From positions 1 to 64,000 of the forward strand of contig NGBS01000899.1 of assembly GCA_002245135.1 (NCBI GenBank): DNA of 64,000 bases, given 5' to 3'. The notes beneath the pieces were generated by a model, which was given only the letters and a program-made list of their open reading frames with translations, was not told where the DNA came from and did not search any database. This document shows positions 35,908-48,595 of the stretch, one piece after another; position 1 is the stretch's first letter; every line of letters begins with the position of its first letter. The position numbers and the translations under genes are program-made. Source of the DNA: Proteromonas lacertae (lineage: Eukaryota).

Positions 35908-37675
35908 ATGGGAAAGAGGGGTAGAAGTCCAGATAGCGATGATGAAAAAAATCATAAACGACACCGTTCACACAGAGACTCATCTAGAAGAAGTCGTTCA
36001 AGATCACATTCTCATTCTCGAAGACACAGAAGTCGTTCACATTCCCATTCACATAATAGACGTAGTAGTAAATTGAATACACCTAAATCTGAAGCATCAG
36101 CTCCAGTTACACCAAGAAATGATTCTGTAAACTTAGTATTAGAGTCAAAAAGTGGTAAAAAGACTTACTTACCAGCACCATTAGTTTTAGATGATGAAGG
36201 TAATGAAGTCGATGTAAATGGGAATATAATCAAAAATAAGACTTTTAAATCAGTAGCAACATTAAAAATCAATCAAAAATCTGTAACGAAAATGACCAAT
36301 CCATATACACAGCCAATAAAAGATAAAGAAATAGCTCCAGCTGTAATTGACAAAAGAATCCATACAAAATCAAGAATTAGTCGTAAAGACAGAGCTCTTA
36401 AGTTCAGAGAAGAGGGAAGTTTCGTTAAAAAAGCAGAATCTATAAGAGCAAGAGAAGAACGTATAAGAATAGCAGAATTACAGAAACAAGTGGAGATGGA
36501 ACATGATGCTGAATTAGCCAATAATAATGATGCAGTGGATATAATTAGAAGTAATGATGATGATATACCAAGTATATAATATATATAATAATAATAATAT
36601 TTTTGAATTTTTATCTCATTTTTTTCTTCAATATTTTTATCTGTATAGATATGGAATGGTGGGATGGTGACTTCTTACCTGATGGTAAACGTGAAGATTT
36701 CAAACATGCAAATACCTTCGATAAAGATTCATACGAATATTCACAACTGTTAGCATCAAATTGTACATCAATAGAATGGGTACAACATCCAGCACAAGTT
36801 CAACCAGCTTTACCAGAGTCAAAACCCAAGCCAATACCATTAATATACACAAAGAAAGAGAGAAAGAAACTGAGAAGAAAAGAAAGAATGGAAAAACACA
36901 AGGAAGAACAGGATTTGATAAGAGTAGGGATAGTAGAAGCTCCAGAACCAAAATTAACACGTTCTAATATGATGCAATTATATAAAGATGAAGCAGTAGC
37001 AAATCCAACAATAATAGAACAGAAAATGCAAGAGCAAGTCGCCAAAAGATTAGCCAATCATCAGAAGAGAAATGAGGATAGGAAATTAACACCACAACAA
37101 AAGAAGATTAAAAAATTAAAGAAATTGATAGGTGATAAAACAGAACAACAATATATAGCAGTATTTAAGGTAGAAGATTTATCTAATAAACGAATTAGGT
37201 TTAAAGTGGATGTAAATGCCCAGCAGAATTATTTAACCGGTCAAATAATGTTATGTCCAAGTATAAGATGTAATATGGTATTAGTTGAAGGAACAAAAAA
37301 ATCAATCGATCGATATACAAAGTTAATGATAAGAAGGATTAATTGGAATTTGGAAGAAGATGAAATAGAAAAGATTGAAAGAAAGATGATAATAAAGAGG
37401 ATAATAAAATGGAAGAAGAAGAAGAAGAAGATGGAAATGAAATTGAAAAGAAAGAGAAAAAAATAGAGGAAAAAAAGGTTGAAATAACTAAAGAAGAAAA
37501 GTTAGAGAATCATTGTTATTTGGTTTGGAGAGGTATTGCTGGTAAACAGTCAATAAAAGATTTTGTAATTGACACATGTTCTAGTTATGCTTCTGGTAGA
37601 GAGAAATTAGAAATGAAAGGATTAGCTCAATATTGGGATATGGTTAAGAATTATACAGATGATACAATTGCTTAG
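35908..37675 (+). CDS. PRPF3: U4/U6 snRNP protein Prp3
   Basis: MEWWD, VQHP, YTKKERKKLRR, RFKVDVNAQQNYLTG, CYLVWRG, YWD; RS-rich N-terminus; one intron and one apparent 1-nt error near 37380. Confidence 0.93.
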
Positions 37676-37773
37676 TGATTTATTTATTATTTTTTTTCCA
37701 GTTTTTACTGTTGAATTATGTTTTTAATTCCCACAAATTTCAAATAGTTTTGAATTAATAAATAATTAACATT

Positions 37774-38177
37774 CTATATATCTTTAGGACCTTCACCAGG
37801 TACAAGCTAGAAATAGTAAGTAATAAATAGCAATACCATGCAAACTTGACTTCCATTAAGCAGAATACTCTTTTGTCTAACAACTTGCTTTCCAGTAGGA
37901 GTGTAATTTCTAAATATTATATTTTCATTTCATACATCTCAGTAACATCATCAAGCACCATATTTTTATCAATTAAGGCAACAATAATATCATAAATACT
38001 GTTATTAATAAAAAAGGATATTGACATAATCATCAAAACCTCTTAAAGTTCCTGTAATTTCTTTATCACCTTTCATTATGATCCATATTTTAGAACCAAT
38101 GCATTTATCAATTAATTCTAGACAATAGAAATAAAAGAGAATATACCTAATGGTAAAATAGGGTTTGATTCAGACAT
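37774..38177 (-). CDS. LSM5: U6 snRNA-associated Sm-like protein LSm5; absent from the ORF track
   Basis: Spliced [57 protein letters not shown]; four introns, the second of U12 type. Confidence 0.95.
37964..38021 (-). other. U12-type (minor) intron, 58 nt, AT-AA termini
   Basis: 5' site ATATCCTTT, branch site TGCCTTAAT, 3' end TGATAAAA. Removal restores DDYV-N-MVL. Confidence 0.85.
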
Positions 38178-38417
38178 AATTTAGTAAAATTGAAATTAGA
38201 ATTATCAAACTTCAACTCAAGCTTTTTGAGAAAAACACACCATCAATTGCTATATTGATATTATTATTCGTTTAAATGCATTGCTATAAACAGAGAGAAG
38301 CGGATTTTAGTTTTATAGAATGATGAAGAGCAGTACATTTAACAAAAACTCTTGTAATCAACCCCTAAGCAATATAAAATAGTCGGACATAATAATAACT
38401 CAAAAATTCAAGTATAT

Positions 38418-38768
38418 TTACATCTGACCAGTCTGGACATTTCTTACAATTGAAATAATAGCTAATTAAATATATTAAAATAAAATCTATACCAGATCCA
38501 ATAACTGCAATCAAAAACACTGCTAAAACAATAGGGCCTACTTGTGAATCTTTTTCTTTCTAATATATTAGTATAAAAATAGTATACTTTGGATGATGTA
38601 CTGACATTTCCTCTTTTTGTGATATTCTCGTTATATTTTGCTGCTTCTCTTCTTTGTTTCATGGGGAGATTAGACTATTAAAATGGAGTATAGCATAGAG
38701 GATTAAAAATATTTATATTGCAAATATAAATGCAAATAAGCTGATATATATACTGTACGACGTTCCAT
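38418..38768 (-). CDS. SERP1: RAMP4/SERP1 stress-associated ER protein
   Basis: KYNENITKRGNV..VGPIVLAVFLIAVIGSAIISIVR; three introns. Confidence 0.88.
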
Positions 38769-38814
38769 TGCCTTACTAGTAGATATAAACAAAAAATTAA
38801 GAAATGAAAATTCT

Positions 38815-38828
38815 TGTCAAGCTTGACA
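38815..38828. promoter_or_regulatory. Palindromic promoter element TGTCAAGCTTGACA
   Basis: Perfect 14-bp palindrome between divergent SERP1 and Kish; variants occur at 17486, 20387, 35851, 38217 and 59674. Confidence 0.55.
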
Positions 38829-38877
38829 TATATTGACCAAGCTTTTTACTAATTACATTTTTTCTTTTTAATTGAAA

Positions 38878-39118
38878 ATGGTATATCTAGTATTTTATTC
38901 AATAGGCTGTATTATTCAATTTTGGAAGTTTGATAGAATGCTTGTTGCTATTCATTTGTGCATGTACTTATGCGAAATTTAGAGCTCCACAGTTATTAGA
39001 TAGACATAAAACTGGATTTTCAGGTATATTTTGGAAAGCTGCAAGAATAGGTGAAAGAAAGAGCGAATATGTTGCTGCAATGCTAGTTATTGTTACTATT
39101 TATAAACTGTTTTATTAA
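38878..39118 (+). CDS. TMEM167: Protein Kish (TMEM167)
   Basis: ATG, 25-nt intron, then AVLFNFGSL..LLLFICACTY..GIFWKAARIGERKSEYVA. Confidence 0.93.
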
Positions 39119-39207
39119 ATGTATTTATTTATGTAGTATTTATTATGATTTTCAAATATAAGCATAACAAAAACAAAATTTATCAGTACATAATAATAAA
39201 TTGTGTT

Positions 39208-42200
39208 TTATAATTCCGACATATTTTCTTCTTGTTGTTTCAACTCTATTAACATTTCAGGATCAAAGAATTTAACAGCACTAACATCTTCAGCCAATCC
39301 TTTACGACGTCTAGTCTTAATCATAAATTCACGACATAAGTGTTGTACAGGTGCAGGTTCCATTTGATGTAATATAATAGATGTATCTAATGGATCACCT
39401 TCCACTAATTGCCAATGATCAAATGTCTATATATATTAATATAATATTATTATAAATACATGTTGACAAAAAGCTAAACCTTGAGTATGAACTCTTAAAT
39501 CAACTTCAAAACCAAATGATTCAATCACAGGTATATATGCATACAATACAAAGAAAGGAGTACCAGGCTTAGGTCTTTCCTATATACAATATAATAATAA
39601 TAATAATAATAATAATATATATATATACAGATGAAACTAGACCTCTTCTTAAAGCCAACACCTCTTGAACAGGTTTAACTAAATCAGCTGGACAAATAAT
39701 CTCAATATAATTAACAGGTTCCATTAATCGAGGAGATGCTAATAATACTGAACTATAAACTACACGTCTTGCAGTTGGTATTATTTGACCAGCACCTCTT
39801 TGTATATTGTCTGTTGAAATTATTGCATCAGTTAATTTGAATTTAACACCTCTGATTGGTTCATCACAAAGTGGTCCTTCTTTACAAGCCCAACGGAATC
39901 CTTGTATAATGTGATCTTTCACTGTATATAGTATATTCTTATTCACTTCATCGGAGAGAGTATCATCTAATAGTATATTTGGTGAATTATCAGTTGGACC
40001 AAATGCCCATATCGATCTTGATGCTAATAAATCCCAATTATATTTATCCTTCATATAATCACTTAATTGTTTCTTTGGCATATTTAAACTAATTATTTTA
40101 TTCTCAATATCTAAATCTAACTTCTCATCAATTGGTTCAGCAATCATTGTTAATTTATTAGCTTTATTGGGAGTAGTTGCAAAACATTTTAATGTAGAAA
40201 TATCTATTACCGTTTCACAGAATGACACTACAGGATCAGCAACTTTAACTTCTAAATCACCAAATAATACTCGTAAATCATGTAGTACACAATCTAATTG
40301 TAATTCTCCAGTTCCAAATATAACATGTTCACCTGATTCTTCCACCTTTTGTTTGATTAATGGATAACATTTACATACACATCTTAAACCATTCTCCATC
40401 TTTGGTACTTCGGATGGTTTTAGTGCTTCTACTGATACTTTGATTGAAGATAATGTTGTGAATGATAAAGTATTGAAGATTTCAACATCTTTCGTTTTAA
40501 TATCACATATTGTAGCTGTTGAAAAAATAGTATCACTTACTCCTTCGATTAATATCCAATTACCTGCTGATAAATGATCTACATCTATCTTGTATCTACC
40601 TTCAGCTATTGCTATTGATGTTATTTCTTTAGTTGTCATATCTTCTGGATCATCTAATGAATAACTATTAATATAATAAAATATATTAATAAAAACTTAA
40701 AAAAAAAGAAAAAGTAATTTCAATAATATAACAGTAAAGAAATCAAAAAATAAAGTAAATAAATAAAATAACATATAATAATACTCTTCTCCTAGAATAT
40801 TGACTTTTTCTGCTTGATGTATAGTTCCACTCATTATTCTACCAAATGCTAAGAAATCTTTACTATCTGGAGTTGGGTATAACTTAGTAATATGTATCAT
40901 TAAAGGACCATTAGCATCACATTTCCTCATCGATTCTGCTATTTCTGTTGATTGATTTCCTTTATATATTCTCAGTATTTTATCTTCTGCTGCTTGTACT
41001 GGTGATTTTGTATGTTGTAATAATGAATCTACTATACACGTTAAACCATTCACAAAATATTTTCTCATTATAAATCTTAATAGTGGTTTAACGTTTTTAT
41101 GAAGTTCACTTTTTTTGAATTTTATTCCTAATGTTTTAAGTGTACTACCTAAAGATTTTGAATCTTCACCTACTGCTTGAGTATATATTTTATATCTATA
41201 TAATAATATATAAATATATACATTGGCTCTAGACAAAATTGTACAAACGATCTATATCCTTTATCTTTAATTTCTTTAGCAGTAAATTTCCTTGTAGTAT
41301 TATCATAATAATAATTACCCCAAAGATATTTCACAAATGAATCTACATTCAATTGATTATTATGATATATTTCGCTATATTGTTGAGCATATGATAATAA
41401 TGAAAAACACCATCTATGTTGTGATGATGCAAATAATACATTACCTAAAATTGGATTTAATTTTACATGTCTTTTACTATTATCTCCTGTTGGAAATTGT
41501 GTAACTGTTATATTTACTTCTTCAATAATTTGATGAAGTTTGTGGTAGACATCTGCTGGTGGTAATTTTAATTCTAATATTAATCGATCCATTTTATTTA
41601 TTACTAATATTAATGATAAACCTTCACGTAATGCTTCATTTATATACTATATAATAATAATTATTATTATTTATATAATACTCTATTTGTAGTCATATTT
41701 ACACCTTCTACAGCATCTACCACTATAAATGCACAATCTGCTAGTCTAATAGCAGCTGTAATTTCACCTGAAAAATCAACATGACCTGGTGTATCAATGA
41801 TATTCAATAAATAACTTTTACCTCTGCTACTTTGTAATATTATGGAGACAGGAGTGCTACCAATACTAATGCCACGTTCTTGTTCATCTTTACGAGTATC
41901 AGTGTAACGAGTCTATTTTTGGAATATAAAATAATTTGATTCTATACATCAACATCATCACTCCATTGAACAACATGTGTACTTTCAATTAACATATCTA
42001 AAAATGTGGTTTTACCATGATGTATTGAACCCAATACTACTACATTACGCATTAGATCAGGTTTATCCATTAGTGATGTCAAAAATTCATTTGTATACTA
42101 TACATTATTATATAATTAAATGTAATTCATACTACAGTAGTTGGTATTTCCTTTTCAAGAACTGAAAACACTTTAGCCTTGATTGGATTAATTATTGGTA

Positions 42201-42551
42201 CAGTAATATCTTGCTCATCTTCTGGATTTACTTCAATTTCCACACCAGGATAAATCTATGCAAATAATGCATTAATTATACATCTTCAGCATCTGGATAA
42301 TATTGTTTATCTTCATGGAGCACAATTGCGGTTTGTTGATTTGAAACTACTTCCTGTTCATCCTCTTCTACAACATATTAATTTAAAAAATACCTTCCAT
42401 TTCATTGCCATTATTTTCTTCCTCTTCTTCTTCGCTTTCCTTCTATTACAAAAAATAAGTGTTTATAGGTTAATACTTCTGAATCATCTGAAGAACTCTC
42501 TAAGTTACCTCCAATGTAATTACCAAATTCATCATATTGATCCTCATCCAT
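39208..42551 (-). CDS. EFTUD2: U5 snRNP 116 kDa GTPase Snu114
   Basis: [72 protein letters not shown]. Confidence 0.96.
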
Positions 42552-42683
42552 CTTTAAAAATCAATATGAAAAATAAATTGATGAATGAATGGGATTTCTA
42601 ACTAAAAATATAGTCGTTTGGTAGAATTTATTTCTTAATCTATTGTTTTTGAAAAATCTGCCAATTGTTTGGGATTAATAACA

Positions 42684-45600
42684 ATGTCATCTGAAGACAA
42701 CAATTCGAGTAATTCTGAAAATGTATGAATTATGTTTTTTATTATTCATTCTCACTTATTTCTTCTGTTTGGCATTACTTCTCTAATCCTAAATCATTAT
42801 ATTTATTGTAACATATGAAATATTTTTTCAAAAACTATTATTTTATATAAATAGGAAACAGAAACAAAAACACCAAATGAACCTCCACCACCAATTAATT
42901 CAAGTAGCAAAATGGGTGGACCTCGTGATAATGATGATCTTAATGACAAAATCATAGAAGAAAGGTATGAAAGAGCAAGTTCCGAATTTGAAGAAATTAA
43001 AGCCATGTCTCAGCAATCATCTGATAAAATTCTTAAAGATATAGAATATAATAAAATGAAACATGATTTAGAGAATTTCAATATAATATTGGCCAATAAA
43101 ACAAATGCATTAAATAGTCTTCAAGAAGATTATGATCATATTAAATCCAACAATGTCAAACTAGAAAATGATTATAATGACGCAATTAAACAAAATGAAA
43201 AGTTAACTGCCAATCTGAAAGATATAAAAAAAGAATTTGATGAGTTGAAAAATCAGAATAATCAATTAAAACAACAAATACAAAATAATACAGTTACAAT
43301 CACTAAAAACAACGAAGAAATACAGAAATTAGAGAATAAACTATCACAGAAGGATGATATAATAGAAGATATACAAAAGACTTTAGAAATATATGAAAAA
43401 CAAATAAAGAGTGATATTAATCAAATAAACATACTTAAAACATTTATAAAAGAAACAATAACCAATAAGAAGGAAGAAGAAGAAGGAGAAGAAGAAGATA
43501 AAGATAACAATATGATTGATTTAAATATCAAAGAAATATTAGAAAATGAAATTGTATTTCAATCCAAAATAATACCATCAACAGATGTTAATAGTACAAG
43601 CCCAACTCAAACTAAGAAAGATAAAGTGGAAAGAATAGGTCAAGATATTGATAAAATACAAAATGATATTTCTTTAAAATCAGAAATAATTACAAACATA
43701 GAACAATCACTAGAAACATCCTCAGAAATCGATAAAGTAAGAAAACAGCAAGAATTGGAGATAGAAAGAAATAATTATAATTTATTACAGCAGAAACTAA
43801 TAGATAGACAGAACCAATTAGAGAAATTATCAAAGGATATGGAAGAAAAGAATAAATCATCTAGAGAACAACAACAACAACAACAGCAACAGAAACAGCA
43901 ACAAAGTGAATATGAAGATGATGAAGATAATGATAATGTAATGGAAATGGTTGAACAATATAATGATTTATCAAAATATTCTAATGATATTGTTACTGTA
44001 TTAACGGAATGTAATAAAGTGATTGAATCATTAAAAGTGAAGAATGAAAATGACAAAAGAGAAGATGATAATGATGATGAAGAAGATGTAAAAGATAATA
44101 GTAATATTGAGTTGATTAAACAGTTAGAAAAATCATTAAAATATACAAATAATAAGATAAAAGTGATGAGTGTAAAAGTGCAAGAAAGTGAGAAGAGATT
44201 TAATGATATTCAGGAAGAGTTAAATAAGAAGAAAATAGGATATAAAGACATAGAGAATAAATACAATATAATGAAAGAAAAATATAATGAATATAAGAAT
44301 AAGATCAATGAATTAGAGAATGAAATAAAAGAAACAAATGATAAGTATGAAAATAGTAATAAAGAATTAAGTGATATTCAAACTAAATATAATATGTTGA
44401 AAATGGAACATTTGAAATTGGAAAATCAATTTAAAGAATTTTCTAAAGTTTCAGGTGATGCTTCTAGTGATATGAAGGATAAATACAATGAATTAGTTGA
44501 TGAATGCATTAAATTAAGAGTATTATTGATTATATAATATTTTAGAAACAATTATTCCCATCGTTAGAATCAATATCAATAGAAAATATACAAGAAAATC
44601 CATTGATTGTATTGAATGAAATAATAGAAAATGTATTTTTTTATACACTAATATTCTATATATAAATAGAGATCAAAGATAATGTTGAATGATTCTAGTT
44701 TAGAAGAATTAAATGACTTCAAATTAAGATGTAAGCAATATGAACAAAATGTACAACACTTACAAAATACTCAAGCAGAAACACAACAAATCCATCAACA
44801 AGAAATTGAACAAAAAGATAACAATATAATGGAATTGAACAAACAAGTTGTACAATATAAAGAATTTACTGATAAATTGAACATTACTATTGAAGAACTA
44901 AAATCAAAGAATCAAGAGTTATTAAACCAAATATCATCCTCAATTTCAGCTGCTAATTCTCCAACTAGTAGAACTCCAACTACAACAGCAAAAGAAGAAG
45001 AAGAAGATGAGGAAGAAGAAGGTGGTAATAATTATAGAGAAGAATCCAATACTGTTGAAGAAATAACACAATTAAAAGCATACTCAAAGTAACCTTACAC
45101 AAAAACTTGAACAACAGAATGAAGAAATTATATTATACAAAGATGAAATAGAATCACTAAAAAGATCAATTGATCAATACAAAATGATGAAAGAGAATCT
45201 TATTCAATCAACAATCTCCAAAGAAAACTCTTTAATAGAAACTTGTAATGATGTCAGTCATTATTTAATGATAATTGAAAAGAAATATACAAAGTGTATA
45301 TTAAATGAAAGTAATTCTTCTTCTACACCTCAATTATTATCATCTGATAATAAAAATGAATCATTTTCTTCAACAAATTCTAATAATGCAAATGATGATA
45401 ATTTTTCCTTGAATTCTAATAGTAATAGCGATTTATTGCTTTTAAAATCTCCAAATAGTAATGTAACTCAAATACCTTTAACTTCTCTAAGTTCTGTATT
45501 ATTGAATATCTGTAATAACGTTGAAAAGATCGTTAGTTTACCTCCTTTATATGATTCAGTTCAAATCGATAATTTGACTAAAGAAAATATAAATTTGAAG

Positions 45601-46829
45601 AAAAATTTGAAAGAAATACAAAGTGATAGAGATGATTATAAACAGCAAATAAACTCACTTAAAATTTGCGAAGAAACCTCCAATCAAACAATAATGGAAT
45701 TGAAACAAATAATAGATGATACAACTCATGAAATAGAAAAACTAAAGAAAGAAAAAGATTCACTAGAAAATGAAGTAAAGAAATATGTAAAAGAAATAAA
45801 AGAGAAAAAAGAACAAATTAGTGCAACAGAAAATCGAATTAAAAGTCTTCAAAAATCTCACAGTGATGGAATGAAAACAATAAAAGAAATTAATAACAAA
45901 TTACAAAATCGAATAGATGAACAAGATGAAAAGTTGAATGAAATGAAGAATGAGAATAAGATGTTAATAAACCAAATAGGTGATAGTAAACAAGAATTAT
46001 GTGATATTCAAGAAAGATATGATGATTTAGAAAGACAATATAATAAAGATATTGTATATCGTATTATTATTATTATTTAAATAGAATTCTAAACAAGAAC
46101 GAATATTAGAATATAAAAAACGAGAAGAAAGTCTATTACAACGAGTAAAATCCCTTCAAAAACAATTAGATGAAAGTGAACAACAATTAATCGATATTCA
46201 TAGTAATTCATCTAAAGAGGATGAAGAATTAAAACGTCAAGTAATTGCTTTGCAGAAAGAATTAGAGAATAGTCGTAGAAACATCAATAGTGCAACTTCA
46301 TCGTTGAATATAACTAAGCAAGAAGCTGCTCAATTAGTAATAACATTAGAAGATGATAAGAAAGTATTAAGTCAACAAGTTCAAATGTTAAAATTACAGT
46401 TAAATCAAGAGAGAGAAAGAGCAAATGAAATAGAAGAAAATACTCGTCAACAAATGAGTTTGATAATTGATGATAAAGAGAAGAAGATCGATAATATGAA
46501 ACAAGTATATATAAATATATAAATATACATAGTATGATAAAAGAATAATAAAAGAAGTTATAAAATCGAAGGAAAGTCAAATATGTCAATTGAGACAAAA
46601 ATTGGCTTTAGTATTAGCTCAAGTTGATGAAAGTAATGAAAGATGTCGAAGTTTATTATTAAAAATAGCTGAATTAGAAAAGCAGAAAACTGAATATTTT
46701 GAATTAGCTGAGAAATATAACCAACAATTACAACAAAAATCGAGTGAATGTAATGCTGGTAGAAAACAGATTGAAAAACTAAGTGCAATGATTAATCAAA
46801 AGAGTAAGAATAGTAAAAGTTGGTTTTAA
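42684..46829 (+). CDS. Long coiled-coil protein of unknown family, ending in SKSWF
   Basis: Heptad-rich E/K/Q/N exons joined by short GT-AG introns; poly-Q tract. Confidence 0.7.
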
Positions 46830-46972
46830 AATGTAGTTAATATATTTTATTTTGTATTTTGTATTATTCTGTATAGAATTGTGTGTTGTTCAGGAAATAT
46901 TTGAAAATTAAAATTTTGGGTTATTGAAAATATGTTTGAATAGAGTTTGAACATTTTTCATTAAAAACAAAA

Positions 46973-48420
46973 ATGAGAGTATTAAAAGAGAATAATGGGT
47001 GTGGGTATAATATTAATAATTTCTATGTAATAGGTTATATTCAAAAATGTTGAATGAAGGATTTAACGATATAGTTTTGCTGATTGAGAATGAAGAAATA
47101 CCTTCGATTTCTTCAATTCTATGTGTATCTAATCAGAGATTGAAGAGTATAATAAAAGATGAAAAAGCTGATACTCAAATACCACTTCCTGACCAAATCA
47201 CTAAGAAAGCATTTTTATTGTTATGTTCATATTATGGTTATGGAGTAATCGAAATGAATGAAGAAAATGTATGTGAGTTGGTGTTATGCTGTATTTGTTT
47301 AAATGAAGTCGAATTACTATCCAAATGTGAGAGATATATTCTAAATCATCAAAATGAGACAATTGTAATGAATGTAATAAATATGATAGATTGTATTCCA
47401 AAGAATTGTTTGAATGATATTAAAATAACTATAAATGATTATATCAGTTTGAATTGTATTTCAATATTAGATAATAATGAAATACTTAAATCATTGCATC
47501 TTGAGAGTTTACAATTTATAATAACTCTTGAGAATCTATTAATTCCAAATGAGAAATATTTATTAGAAAAGATCTTAAGACATTATAGTCTTCATAATGA
47601 AAGAATAGAAGATAAAGAAGAAAAATATAATGAAGTGATGAAACATTTAAACTGGAAAGAAATTGATATTCGCGAGATTGATGAAGATGATTTAGATGTG
47701 ATAGATATTAAAGCAATAATGAAGAAGAGTAAATCACAAAAGCCAATAAATAGAAAATATGGAAGAATACCAAACACAAGTTGTAAAATATTGAATGAGA
47801 TGATATTGAATGGTTTTAAAGAAATAGATTCAATAGATGAAGATAGTAAATATTTATTATCGATAGATAATATAAAAGAAGAAATCAGTGAATATCTGAA
47901 AGAGAGTAAATATTTAATCGAAATAATAACAATATTAAGAATAATGAAGAAACTGAATATGAAAGTAAATGAAATATTAGTTGATGATGAAGATGTTGAA
48001 AATGTAATTGCATTACTAATAGATATTTATAAAGATAATTCAGAAAACTTAGAAGAAAAATCGATTGTTGTAGAATGTTTATCATATTTCTTTGATAATA
48101 GTATATATAATATATAATGATAATATAATAAAATAGAAAATGAAGGAGATTTTATATATAAAATATTGAAAAGTTCACTAATGGTTGATATGCTTAACAA
48201 TGAAAATATAGAAGATAAATCAAAAATAATAGAATATATAAAGAATAATGTTGATGAGAAGAAAATACAGTTAATATTATCTAAAATTGAAAATGAAGAA
48301 ATTAAACAAAAAATATTAAATATAGAAGAAAAAGATGATTTGAAAGAGGATGATGAAGATGAAGAATATGATTACAGCCCTCTGCCATTAAATTATAAGC
48401 TATTCGGTAATGATTGGTAA
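46973..48420 (+). CDS. BTB/BACK-domain protein
   Basis: FNDIVLLIENEEI..IL..S..L, AF..L.SY.YG.I.M.EENVCEL, L..CERYI, LLIPNEKYL; two introns. Confidence 0.7.
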
Positions 48421-48595
48421 TAGTAGACAAACTATTAATGTTGATTTTATATATTTTTTAATATTGATAACTATTTTTAGGCAGAAAAATAAATCTATTT
48501 CTCTTTCTTGCTTTTAATAAATACTATCCGTTTTAAGTTTTAAAAAATATAGTTGTTAAGTTCAATTTTTAATTCAGTTTTTCTTATGATCCAAC

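Noticed and set aside
19770..45095. Programmed frameshifting in the SHIPPO, kinesin, PRPF3, syntaxin and coiled-coil genes
   Set aside because: No shared slippery motif; single-base run-length slips in conserved genes point to assembly error.
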